Assembly (NCBI RefSeq): GCF_006345805.1
Contig: NC_043002.1
Span: 69,316,001-69,380,000 of the forward strand
DNA: 64,000 nucleotides
Origin: Octopus sinensis
Lineage: Eukaryota
Direction: 5' to 3'
Made by a program: the position numbers and the translations under genes. A model generated the notes under the pieces. The model had not been told where the DNA came from. It ran no database searches and worked only from the letters and a program-made list of their open reading frames with translations. Within the stretch, counting starts at the first letter, position 1, and the number at the start of each line of letters is the position of its first letter. Positions 1-11,832 of the stretch are shown one piece after another.

Positions 1-47
1 TGAACCCAGAACCATGTGGTTGGGAAGCAATCTTCTTACCACCCACC
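1..47 (-). mobile_element. CORE-type tRNA-derived SINE (family A), head fragment cut by the window edge
   Basis: Matches the head seen at 2200-2263 and 25450-25530 (gaaccatgtggttggtaagcaagctacttaccacacagcc). Confidence 0.7.
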
Positions 48-48
48 C

Positions 49-106
<58 letters not shown>
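49..106. repeat. (AAT)n microsatellite
   Basis: Perfect AAT run. Confidence 0.95.
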
Positions 107-108
<2 letters not shown>

Positions 109-354
109 GATATATCTTTATAAATCTGAACCGTACACTTTTGGTTAGAGACTTGTTCTCTGCTGTATCCAGTGTAGGAATTGACGCAATTACAGAGTGG
201 AAGTGGTATCGTAGCCATTTAAGGACATACAAAAAAAAGTGACATATTTACTTTCCGTATTTTGAAATATCAAAATTTTCGTGGCAGTTCTGCGACCTTG
301 TCAATGACACTATTTCGTTGCATCTCTCTCTCTTTCTCTATCTGTATACACACA

Positions 355-397
<43 letters not shown>

Positions 398-735
398 AAT
401 ATACTTCTTACAAATGTTGCACTTCTTCGAGTTATGTATCGTTATACCTGTAATAACTTATAATACCAGCGGCTATAGTAGATGCCACATGCCGGGCATG
501 CCCATGTTCGGTACCTATATTATTAATACTTAATTTATGCCAACTATTTTTCTATTTCTTCAGTCATCGTGAACATTTAAATTTATGTGAGATAAAGAGT
601 TATTACATTATCTCACATAAATTAGCATGTATAAAATTATTTGCATATTTAAATAAAAATTTACGGAAACAGCTATTCACTCTCAATTTCCTCTTTCACC
701 AACCACATATATTTTCTCTGCATTTAAACAGTTCT

Positions 736-780
736 TTCACATTCTGATGATTTCAAATTTCGAAAGTGACACTAGTCTTG
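736..780 (+). ncRNA. Degenerate type I hammerhead-like motif
   Basis: CTGATGA 744-750, GAAA 762-765, stem III GTG-a-CAC, CTA cleavage triplet. Stems I and II pair poorly. Confidence 0.35.
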
Positions 781-1229
781 TATGTATGTATATGTATAAA
801 GTTAAATTTTCTTATAAAGTATGTTTTTAAGTATACTTCACGATATATGGGCTGTAGCAAGAAGTGCTTATTGCGAGCTAAATCGAATAAGAGAAACTAT
901 GGAAGGAAGACGTCTAGGTAATCAATACAAATTCCAAAGCACATAATAAATAAATATACATATAAATTTATATAAATAAGTCAATAAAATTACAAGTAAA
1001 AGTTATATGTAAAGACCATGCATCAGGTACGTTGGGTTCAGGTACCAAATGGAGAAGTGACAAATAAAAAGAAAAAAAATCCAAAGGTAAAGGTTTCCAA
1101 AAAAGAACGGTTCCAATCGATTAAGAATTTGATGTTTATATGATTGTCGGATGAGAGTTCAAAATTTAAAAGTTCAAGGGTAAATAAATTTGGTAGAAAT
1201 TATTAGATAAGATAAATAACAAATTCGCG

Positions 1230-1320
<91 letters not shown>

Positions 1321-1342
1321 ATTATTATTATTATATTTTTCT

Positions 1343-1578
1343 TTTATTTGTTTCAGTCATTTCACTGCGGCCATACTGGAACATCGCCTTTAGTCGAAGA
1401 AGTCAATCTCAGGGCTTATTCTTTGGAAGCCTAGTGCTTATTCTATCGGTCTCTTTTGGCGAATCATTAAATGACGGGGACGTAAACACGCCAATATCGG
1501 TTGTCAAGCGATGGTGGGGGGACAAACACAAACTTTTATATATATATACGACAGGTTTCTTCCAATTTCCGTCTACCA
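1343..1578 (-). mobile_element. SINE family A, partial
   Basis: tttcagtcatttcactgcggccatactgga tail and body; the tRNA head is missing. Confidence 0.85.
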
Positions 1579-1807
1579 CATATGGTATAATTATACCACA
1601 TATGGTATAATTATAAACAGGGCAAATTTTAGCCATTTCTCTGCACAGAGGAAATGGTTTTCAGAAGACCCAAGATGGCAGGTAAGGCTATGTGCTACGG
1701 GAGGACCGTAGTTATACTCTCGGTTCGATAATAATATGAGTGAGGAGTCTAATGCAGGTCTCGTGTGAGCATGTATATGTTAAATAAGACATTCTTTTAT
1801 TCTTCTT

Positions 1808-2013
1808 TAATTTCTTTCAGTCATTTGACTGTGGCCATGCTGGAGTACCGCCTTTAGTCGAAATAATCTTTGTAAGCCTAGCACTTGTTCTATCGGTCTC
1901 CTTTGTCAAACCGCTAGATTACGAGGGCATAAACACACCATCATCAGCTGTCAAGCGATGGTGTGAGGGCAAACACAGACACACAAATACATACATACAT
2001 CTACATACATACA

Positions 2014-2100
<87 letters not shown>

Positions 2101-2263
2101 ATATATACACGACGGGCTTCTTTCAGTTTCTGTCTGCCAAATCTATCCCCAAGGCTTTGATCGGCTCGCGGCTATAGTAGAAGACACTTGCCCAAGGGGC
2201 CACGCAGTGGGACTGAACCCAGAACCATGTGGTTGGTAAGCAAGCTTCTTATCACACAGCCAC
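1808..2263 (-). mobile_element. SINE family A, near full length with internal microsatellite
   Basis: On the minus strand: A box TGGCTGTG(A)TAAG, B box GGTTCAGTCCC, CORE-like ccttgggcaagtgtcttctactatag, internal (TA)/(TATG) tract and a CR1-like tail. Resembles the octopus OR2-type CORE-SINE (from recall). Confidence 0.9.
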
Positions 2264-2273
2264 TTATATATTG

Positions 2274-2325
<52 letters not shown>

Positions 2326-2490
2326 TATTATATATATATATATGTATGTATATAATATATATATTAAAACAATAAGAGTAGAAATTGATATTAATGAATT
2401 AAAATCAGTGGCTTAGCATATTTAAAAAATCCGAAGATTAAAAGTTGTGATAAATACATATAATTTTGTGTGTGTGTATATATATATATA

Positions 2491-2673
2491 GGGAGAGTTT
2501 ACGAAAAAAAACCCAAAAGACGAAGACAGGTGGTGTACAAAACAAACAGATGTATTAGTATAATGCTCAGGAATATAAAAAGTCCTTTACGTTTCGAGCT
2601 TACGCTCTTCTACAGAAACGGACACAGAAAAAAACAAGGAGAGAAAAAAAATGTCTGTAGTGGCTAACGATCT
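2491..2673 (-). mobile_element. Penelope-like terminal fragment with degenerate hammerhead-like motif
   Basis: Microsatellite-flanked. The minus strand reads gtcc..tagaaga-gcgtaagctc-gaaa-cg-ta-aaggac (2582-2622). A related truncated piece lies at ~38810-38905. Confidence 0.45.
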
Positions 2674-2681
2674 ATCATGGC

Positions 2682-2735
<54 letters not shown>

Positions 2736-2767
2736 ACACACATACACACACACACATACACACACAC

Positions 2768-2804
<37 letters not shown>

Positions 2805-2805
2805 C

Positions 2806-2929
2806 CATGTAAAATAAGAGAGCGGCGGTTAACGATGGAACAACTGTAGTCATCATCTAAATATAATAATTGCCGATATAAATATTGTCTGATTCGTTCG
2901 TTGGTTGAATCTCCAGCTTCGACAGACAT
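2806..2929 (-). CDS. Candidate coding exon of an unidentified host gene (MSVEAGDSTNERIRQYLYRQLLYLDDDYSCSIVNRRSLILH)
   Basis: Non-repetitive island with only the ATG frame open. Ends at G|GTATAT, has a pyrimidine-rich upstream tract, and no family is recognised. Confidence 0.3.
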
Positions 2930-3547
2930 CGTTAGAGAAAGAGTGAGAAAAGAGATAAGGTGAGAGCTGACAAAAGATGGGCAGGATAAGTATACATACT
3001 ATGTTTGATGGCAGGCAATGAGTGAGGAAACGCTACACACAGTGACAGAGAAAGAATCATTGACAAAAGAGGAGGAGAGGGAGTAAATTGAGACAGTAGT
3101 TGTACAAATGAGATAAATGTTTTATCTATTTTGAGATAATAGATATATTTCTTTTGAAAACTAGCATTCATTTTATCAGTTTGTATAAGCACCGACAAGT
3201 GCAATAAAGCTTTAATCATAAGTATTGCATGTCTGCTGTATTTCTTGATTTTACGCGCGATGGTAAAACTATATCTTAAAAATTACTCGTCGTATGACGA
3301 ATAATAACACATCAGTAGTTGAATAATTAAGATTGCAGAAGGCCAGGCACTGAGAAGAAGAAGAAGAAGAAGAAGAAGAAGAAGAAGAAGAAGAGAAGAA
3401 GAAGAAGAAGAAGAAGAAGAAGAAGAAGAAGAGAAGAAGAAGAACCACCACCACCACCACCACCACAATTGACAACAACAATTCAAGTAAATATCTTTCG
3501 CGGTTGCTTGCCCTTGTAGAAGTAGTAGTTAAACCTCCCTTAAATTA

Positions 3548-3766
3548 CGAAGAGGTTCTGAAAAATTCCTGGCTTTAAGGGTGTCGCGAACGGCCTGGCT
3601 GGAGGCCCAAACTTCCGAGTCTCTTACACAGCTTAGAAAAACCGAAGGGCCGCTGCAGTAAGTGTGTAAATCCGAGAGGGGAATATGTTGAGTAAAATCA
3701 TAATTCGCTGATATTCCTGTATTTTTTTTTTTTACCCAAAGCCAGGATCCTTTCAGTAACCCCTCG
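3548..3766 (+). mobile_element. Mariner-type MITE (~215 bp)
   Basis: TA..cgaagaggttctgaaaaattcctggcttt / aaagccaggatcctttcagtaacccctcg..TA. Five copies or part-copies in the window. Confidence 0.85.
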
Positions 3767-4189
3767 TACAGCCTATCGTCTGAAAGACTGATGGACAATT
3801 GGACAATGTAAGTTTCGGTATACAAAAATAAACTGTCAGGTCGTGACTGACAGTTTATTATAGATCTTGGTTGGTAAACCAGTGATACTGAAGGTGAAGA
3901 GTGCATGTCAGAATCAAGTTGCACAAAATATCTTCTGGAAAGCCAAGGTGACTTTGTATGTGTAAAAAAAAAGCTTTATGCATATTAATCGCGAATTTTT
4001 TTCACGTTCATGCCATTTAACTCGATTTTCTACTTATTTGGATATTTTGTCCTTCAGACATGCCAAGTATTTCTTTCGTTTCTTTCTTTACTTTTTTAAT
4101 ACTTTGAATTATGTTACTGTTTGAAATTGGTGTTTTTGGTTTTTGTTACTCAACACAGACGTACGCACTAGTAATAGATAGAAATATTC

Positions 4190-4542
4190 TTTTCTACTCC
4201 ATGCAGGAGGCCCGAAATTTTTGGGGAGGGGACCAGTCGATTACATCGACCTGAGTACGCAACTGGTATTTAATTTATCGAACCCGAAAAGATGAAAAGC
4301 AAAGTCGACCTCGGCCGAATTTGAACTCAGAACGTAGCGGCAGACGAAATACCTATTGCTTTACTACCCACAAGAGGCTAAATACAGAGAGGACAAACAA
4401 AGACAGACATAGGTATTAAGTCGATTACATTGGCTCCAGTGCGTAATTGGTACTTATTTAATCGGCCCCAAAAGGATGAAAGACAAAGTCGACCTCGGCC
4501 GAATTTGAACTCAGAACGTAACGGCTGACGAAATACTGCTAA
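4190..4542 (-). mobile_element. SINE family B tandem dimer
   Basis: Two copies of gtcgacctcggccgaatttgaactcagaacg joined at gaaatacc|tatt. Confidence 0.85.
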
Positions 4543-4569
4543 AATACACACACACATACACACACACAC

Positions 4570-4737
4570 ACATCAACTATGGGTAGACCACGGCCCGCGG
4601 GACTTTCTGAATGGCACACCCTAATTTCACAAAGAAAACGATATATCCTTAGCTTTTTTTTCTCTAGAAGTGCGGTCGCCATACGATATAAACCATGCTT
4701 CATGCGGCCCGCTTCTCGATAAAGTTTAGCCATGTCT
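4570..4737. mobile_element. Decayed hAT/Charlie-like MITE
   Basis: Subterminal cggcccgcgg and tgcggcccgc motifs; TIRs are degenerate. Confidence 0.35.
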
Positions 4738-4976
4738 TCTATACATATACACATACGCATGAATAAAATACCTGCGTATATTGCTGTTGCGAAGAAAGTG
4801 TATGGAAAGTAGTTTGTTATATAACCAGGCGATATATTTCGATAGACACAATTCCTGTCGTCTGTTTAATTAAGGGTTTAAATTAATGGTGTCATTATAT
4901 GTCCTTAATCCAACATTTATAGGCACCCTAAAGCGTTTTCAATGTCTCTATTGTTCTGTTACAGCATCATAGGCTT

Positions 4977-5021
<45 letters not shown>

Positions 5022-5211
5022 AGTATATGTGTATGTGTGTGTGTGTGTGTGTGAGTGCGCGTGCGCGTGCGAGAGATAGATAGAGATTGAGAGAGAAAAA
5101 GGTAGAAACAGATGGAGAATTCGTTGGAGTAAAGCACTAAGCAGGGAAAGAGGGAACGATTGGTTGAAGCGGGAGAGAAAGTAGTGAGGCAGAGACAGAC
5201 AGACATATATA

Positions 5212-5255
<44 letters not shown>

Positions 5256-5317
5256 TATATTATATATATATAAGATAGATAGATAGATATATAGAGAGAG
5301 GGAGTAGATAGATAGGA

Positions 5318-5376
<59 letters not shown>

Positions 5377-5662
5377 AAGAGGAAAGAAAAGAAATGAAAT
5401 GTCTGCATACGTATTAAAAAATATGATAGAAAGGAGACACGGAGTGAATACGATATTGACGCACACTCATTGTTTGATAGGGAGTAATAGAGAGAAGGAG
5501 AGGGAGAGAGAGAGAGAGAGAGACAGAGGGAGTGGGGGATGAGAGGTGAGAAAGAGCTAAAGAGTGAGAAAGATGTTGATGGGTTCCTCAGACAGACATT
5601 GAATTATCTTTTTAAAGACCAGTGAAGAGATTGATTATCCAGTTGACAAGCAGATCAGACGA

Positions 5663-5704
<42 letters not shown>

Positions 5705-5908
5705 CACACACGCGCACACACACACACACACACATACACACACGCTCACAAATATACACACGTAAAGAGAAAACTAAACAGCTGCATCAATAGACAGACG
5801 TACATAGATTATAATGTCGTTCAATCGGCATTTTGGTCGACTAGAGACATCAGAGCATGTATATGTGTTGGGATGAGATAGAGGGAGGGAGGGAGGGAGA
5901 GAGAGAGA

Positions 5909-5959
<51 letters not shown>

Positions 5960-6052
5960 TACACATGAACATAGCTTTGTCAGTAGTTCTTTATTTTGTC
6001 GCCATAAACGATTTGTTTCCATAGGATGCTCTAATATGTGAGAACAATCCCG

Positions 6053-6498
6053 GGATCTTTTCCTTTTGAACACCAGTTTTCAACACAATTTCTAGTTAAC
6101 TAAACACTTTTAAACTTCGTATACTGGTAGAATGTGTCAAAATAAAACATTTTTTTTCTCTTGGCTTTCTTGAGAAAATTGTAATTTGTAAGTTTAACGT
6201 AGTTTAATTTTTCGAGTTTTAACCAATCGATGGCCTCTGTTGAGCTAAAATCATTTGCTGCGTCTAAAACTGAGACAACATCCTGTCACTAACCCTAACC
6301 CTAAATTTTAGCCTTTCGTTTTTTTCTTAATTGTTAAATTAATTTAATTGTTACGCGTGTGTCTAAAATTATTCGTTTTGTTTTTGTTTTGAGTTTTTGC
6401 TTTCGTTTTAGCCTTTCTTAATTGTTAAATTAATTTAAGGATAACAACTGAGAAAAAAAAAGAAAGGCTAAAATTTAGGGTTCAAAAGAAAAAGATCC
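6053..6498. mobile_element. Merlin-like MITE
   Basis: TIRs ggatcttttccttttgaac / gttcaaaagaaaaagatcc. Exact 8-bp TSD caatcccg (6045-6052, 6499-6506). Same family as 56132-56541. Confidence 0.8.
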
Positions 6499-6650
6499 CA
6501 ATCCCGTAACTTTCTTATAAAGCTCACAACAAGCATCAATTGATTCAGACATCGCTTCCTGTCGACAAGTTGTAGTAGTGGTAGAAGAGACAGAAAAAAT
6601 GTGTGAATTGTTTGGGTCAGAGCCTGGAATGTTCAACAAACCGGACATCT

Positions 6651-6715
6651 ATGATTAACTGATCCTCTTGTATTTTTTTTTTACCTAAAGCCAGGAAAGT
6701 TTCAACACCCCATCG
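6651..6715 (+). mobile_element. Mariner-type MITE, right end only
   Basis: ttaactgatcctcttgtattt..aaagccaggaaagtttcaacaccccatcg-TA. Confidence 0.7.
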
Positions 6716-6734
6716 TACACACATGGTGTATAAA

Positions 6735-7145
6735 CGTACATACTAGAACTGGGTGCCACTGCATAGTGCCAAGGACTCCAAATTTGCCATCAAGATGTAG
6801 GACAAGATACTGCAATAGCCTGGGTTTCAGAGGCCCACATCTCTTCAATATCCTCCCGAAGGACCTGAGAGACCTGCATGGGGTGGATGTAGGTGTCTTC
6901 AAAATAAAGCTGGACCTCTTCCTCTCAGGTGTCCCAGATGAACCAACTTCACGGCAGGAGGTGCAGATGAGGGCAGCTGCATCAAACTCTCTCATGCACC
7001 AAATGTCAATTGCTAAAAAGTATTCGTGAAGTAAAATTATGTAGCAACATCAAATGGCGGTGCCCCAGCATGGCCCCAGCAAGGCCCCAGCATGGCCACA
7101 GCTCATGAGATGAAACTAATGAAATAAAAAAAATAAAATAAAACC
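6735..7145 (+). pseudogene. CR1/L2-like LINE 3' fragment (ORF2 C-terminus and 3' UTR)
   Basis: NSLGFRGPHLFNILPKDLR..FKIKLDLFLSGVPDEP..SNSL, then a short UTR and an A-rich tail. Confidence 0.8.
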
Positions 7146-8234
7146 TAAAACTACAAATACATCAGATAATAGCCAGTGATAGGTAAACACCTACGGATCG
7201 CATGTGGAATATCAAGGGACACAAACGGTTACTCACGGATAGTTGTTTAGGGGCCACACTGTGGATAATTCCTCTTTGTGGATAGCTCAAAGAACTTTAA
7301 TTGATAAGACCACATAATGCTTATCGCACTAATACGCAGACATCAAACTATCGGAACAAATATCGCAAGGCATTTTTTTGTTCACCACCGCTCTGAAGAT
7401 TCCGCCAATCCACATTGCGACAATGATATAAATCATCATCATCATCATCATCATCACCATCATCATCCTCATCACCATCAATCATCGTTATCATCATCGT
7501 CATCACCATCATTGCCATCGTCATCGTTGTCATCGTCGTCGTCTTCGTCGTCGTCCTCCTCATCATCATCATCATCATCACGACCATTTGGTCGTGATTC
7601 CTGTCAGAAATAAATGCCAGTTGTGCTAATACTGTTTTCGGTCCTTCGAAAGGTTTTTGTAGATTCACAAACAAGAATCCATTATCAATTAATCAACTTT
7701 TACTAGTTTGGCCTCGAGGAAGGGTCAGTGTCCATTGGACTTTGCAGAGCAATCCCACCCCCATTCCACCCTGCCCAAAAATTCGTGAAGAGATCGACGT
7801 GGTTAACGTTCTTGTCGAAAAGTTGCAGGTCAGCATGCAGATAAAGGAAAGATGGAAAAAAAAAACTTGTGTAGGATGGACACAATCTGAGGGAGAAGAG
7901 GAGGGATTGAGTGGAGGGAATTCGATATTAACGAGCTTCGGTAGGCCAATGTAGATGCGGTAGAAGAGGTGACATAAAACCCGTGTGTCAGAGGTCGGAA
8001 GGCGTATCATTTGAGCAGTAATGGAAACGTTTGATATAAACCCGTACCGATAAATAATAATGATCCTTTCAAATGTAGCACATTGACCCCAGGACTTATT
8101 TTATGAGTAAGTTGACCCTACCAGAATTTGTACTTAGAACATCAAATCAGACTGAAATGCCACCAAGGATTTTGTCTGGCATACTTAACGAACCTGCCAG
8201 ATCGCGACCTTATATAAAAAGCATAAACCTTTCT

Positions 8235-8590
8235 AATACAGGTACGCGGCCTGAAATTTTAGAGGAGGGAGCTCATCTGCTCCTTATTTTATCGACCTCG
8301 AAATGATGAAAGGCAAAGTCGACCTCAGAACGTAAAGCCAACAAGCCAACGATTCTGCAGCTCGCTGCCATGTTGTTTATAAATTTGGTTCAAGGTCAGC
8401 AACTTTAGGAGTTGGATTCAGACGACTACATCGATCCCCAGTGTTCAACTGGTATTTATTTCATCGGCCCCGAAAGGATAAAAGACAAAGTCAACCTTGG
8501 CGGAATTTGAACTTCGAACGTAAAGCCAGTAAGAAGAAAACATTTATTTTGTCAAGCGTGCCAACGATTCTGCCTGCACGCTTTCTTGCA
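8235..8590 (-). mobile_element. SINE family B, two diverged copies
   Basis: gaaaggcaaagtcgacc / ggcggaatttgaac motifs. Confidence 0.75.
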
Positions 8591-8605
8591 TTTAACAACA
8601 ACAAC

Positions 8606-8722
8606 AATCCTTTCTTCTGGAGGCACAAGACCTCAAATTTATGGGGAGGGAGGCAGTGGATTACATCGACCCCAGCGTTTCACTGGTACTTAATTTATCG
8701 ACCCCGAAAGGATGAAAGGCAC

Positions 8723-8768
<46 letters not shown>

Positions 8769-8940
8769 TAATAATATAATAATAATAATAATAACAACAA
8801 TAACAACAACAACAATAATAATAATAATCCTTACTACTGGAGGCACAAGACCTCAAATTTATGGGGAGGGGGACAGTCGATTACATCGACCCCAGCGTTT
8901 CACTGGTACTTAATTTATCGACCCCAAAAGGATGAAAGGC

Positions 8941-8976
<36 letters not shown>

Positions 8977-9021
8977 CAGAATGATGAGGATGATGATAAT
9001 AATAATAATTATAATAATAAT

Positions 9022-9066
<45 letters not shown>

Positions 9067-9303
9067 CAGAATGATGAGGATGATGATAATAATAATAATT
9101 ATAATAATAATAATAATAATAATAATGATAATAATAATAACAACAATAACAACAACAACAACAACAACAGTAATAATAATAATCCTTCCTACTGGAGGCA
9201 CAAGACCTCAAATTTATGGGGAGGGGGACAGTCGATTACATCGACCCCAGCGTTTCACTGGTACTTAATTTATCGACCCCAAAAGGATGAAAGGCACATA
9301 ATA

Positions 9304-9349
<46 letters not shown>

Positions 9350-9370
9350 TATAATAACAATAATAATAAT

Positions 9371-9409
<39 letters not shown>

Positions 9410-9420
9410 TAATAATAATA
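8606..9420 (-). repeat. Three near-identical SINE B 3' halves interleaved with (AAT)n
   Basis: ~115-bp unit at ~8606, ~8826 and ~9181. All three end at gatgaaaggc. Confidence 0.9.
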
Positions 9421-9426
9421 ATAATG

Positions 9427-9960
9427 TTCTTTTTACTTATTACAAAGGTAATAATACAAAATAAAGGACAGGGTACATTACAATAAATATCAGGATTTTA
9501 CATAGAAAGTGCATAAACGGGAAGGTAACAGAAAGAAACAGGTTAACGAAAATTAATAGAATTAATAGAAGGAAACGCTACCGATTGTAAATCAAAGTAC
9601 GCACACATCCCGGAGAAGCTTGATCATTTAGTTACATGTATCCTTAACTGACATCAAAGGTCATATTTGCCATTCTGACCCATCTTTTACTGGCGGTAGG
9701 GTTTTCTTCCCCTCTACCCTCACTTTACACTCGAAAAGAAATTTGAAAAAAATCGTTGAGGGTTTGTCCGAAGAGGAAAGCGTTTGTGTTTAAACCTTTC
9801 CGCTGCAACCGCCCTACAATTTCTTCTGGCATTGCCATTAAGCAGAAGAAAACTGCCGGCCTTTTTGGGCTAAAGAAAGACAATGAGATGATCTCCGCGA
9901 TTGACTCGACGGATAGCTGGACCCGTCTAACACGCAATAGTTATCAGGCATAACTTCATA
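9427..9960 (-). pseudogene. L1/Tx1-like LINE 3' fragment
   Basis: Minus-strand ORF remnant AVFFCLMAMPEEIVGRLQRKGL..LNDFFQ. Homologous to 13645-14030; the clade call is by resemblance. Confidence 0.55.
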
Positions 9961-9984
9961 CGTCAGCAGCAACATTAAGAATTC

Positions 9985-10350
9985 TTTCTAATTTTGGCAC
10001 ACGGCCAGTAATTCTCTGGTTATGGAGGGCTTACACTGACCCCAGTGCTCAACTCAGCGCTTATTTTATCGACTCCAAAAGGATGAAACCGAAGATGAAC
10101 TCGGCGAAATTTGAACCCAGAACATAAAGAATACTATCCAAATTATGATTTCAAATTTTGGCACAAAACCAGCTATTTCGGGGGTAGGGAAAGCCGATTA
10201 CTTCGACCTCAGGGTCCAATTGGTACTTATTGTATCGACCCGAAATGGTTAACGGTAAGATCATTCTCGGCAGAATATTAACTCAAACATAAAAACGGAC
10301 GAAATGCTGCTAAACATTTTGTTCGATGCGCTATTGGTTCTGCAAGCTTG
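9985..10350 (-). mobile_element. SINE family B, two diverged copies
   Basis: Family B central motif and gaaatttgaacccagaac (B box on the minus strand). Confidence 0.7.
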
Positions 10351-10388
10351 TCACCTTAATAATAGTAATAATAATAATAATAATAATG

Positions 10389-10458
<70 letters not shown>

Positions 10459-11008
10459 CCCTGATGCAGTACCAGACAGTGGCTCTCATGGCTTTTGATC
10501 TTAACTGATTGGAAGTGTTATGTACATTGTTTTGTCTTGGTATAAAAGATGGGCTACAGCAAATATTCGTCTCAATACCACAGATTTGCTTGTCAGTTGT
10601 TTGACTTTAACCAGTTGAGCATGTCCCTTAGTGACTGACGATATGTGCATTTCTGATCACCGGCAGAAGTAGTGGGGTAACATCATAGCCATGTGTTTAG
10701 AGGGATTCTTTGGGGTTTGAATAATTCACATCTGAAAACATGGGTGTTTCGTTCAACGTCCTTAAACAACCCATATTCAGGGACCTTTTGAGCGGGATGG
10801 GTTACTCGGCCAGAAGAAAATTCTAACTGGGCCCCACCTGCAAGATCATGTGCTTTTTATCCTGATATGAAGTCACTATGTCGCGCACATATGGTTGTGA
10901 TGCATGTGCCTAGTGTACCCTTATCAGACGGGTAGTCATGATGGGTATACTGGGCTTCGTATATTTTACCTCAGTGTCACTTTGATGGCATGCACTGCTC
11001 TCTCACTC
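10459..11008. mobile_element. ~550-bp interspersed element in (AAT)n, copy 1
   Basis: Colinear end to end with 48327-48870. No TIR, tRNA head or ORF. Confidence 0.85.
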
Positions 11009-11024
11009 AATAATGATAATAATG

Positions 11025-11078
<54 letters not shown>

Positions 11079-11081
<3 letters not shown>

Positions 11082-11762
11082 GGCAGGCATGATACAGCCG
11101 CACAATATATTCACTGGGTAATTTGCAAAAACCTGGATTTGCCCCATGAAAAAAACTGGTGGGAACACAATCCACCTCCAGTGCTTGAAAATGACCACAT
11201 CTCACTCCTCTGGAACTTCACCATTCAAACTCACAGAAAGATAGATGCAAATAGGCCAGACGTCATATTGAAAGACTTCAGACAAAGAACATGCCTCCTC
11301 ATTGATATGACTGTCTCAATCGATATAAACGTATCTGTCAAGACCTACCAAAAACTGAGCAAATATAAAGATCTTGAAATAGAAATCAGCAAAATGTGGA
11401 ACCTGAAGACTAAAATAATACCTGTTGTCATAGGTGCCCTGGGAATGATAGCGAAAGGGGCTGATTGCTACCTAACTCAGATACCAGGAAACCCCAAAAT
11501 GGCAGAAATTCAAAAGATAGTGCTCATGGGAACTGCTCATATCCTACGCAAAATACTCTCTTTGTAATCCCAAGGTTTAAAACAAACTTTTTTTAAAAAA
11601 TTTATTTATTAGACATTCACTAGTACAACCCCCCCAACCCCCCTCCAAATATATGGCACACTAGGCATAACAACAACGTGAACTTCCAACCTGTCGTCTC
11701 TTGAGGTCTCTGGGTGAGACTTGGAGCCAACTTGTACAAACATAAAGCAAAAGTCAAACATA

Positions 11763-11763
<1 letters not shown>
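11079..11763 (+). pseudogene. R4/Dong-like non-LTR retrotransposon, 5'-truncated (restriction-like endonuclease domain and 3' UTR)
   Basis: RHDTAAQYIHW..LLWNFTIQTHRKIDANRPDVIL..CLLIDMTV..KLSKYKDL..IPVVIGALG. Flanked on both sides by (AAT)n, the known Dong-type target. Confidence 0.85.

Positions 11764-11832
<69 letters not shown>

Noticed and set aside
1572-1615. 22-bp self-complementary tandem duplication (similar 26-bp duplication at ~52075-52120)
   Set aside because: Two-copy slippage products at SINE edges; too short to imply function.
6290-6303. Interstitial telomeric repeat (TAACCC)
   Set aside because: Only about two units, internal to a MITE family.
7748-7828. 81-nt plus-strand exon candidate (SNPTPIPPCPKIREEIDVVNVLVEKLQ)
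   Set aside because: Modest splice signals and no recognisable homology; compatible with chance.
10590-10660. HDV-like ribozyme in the 550-bp element (gtc-ccttagt-ggc)
   Set aside because: P1 and P3 would overlap, and the P1.1 GG and J4/2 elements are missing.
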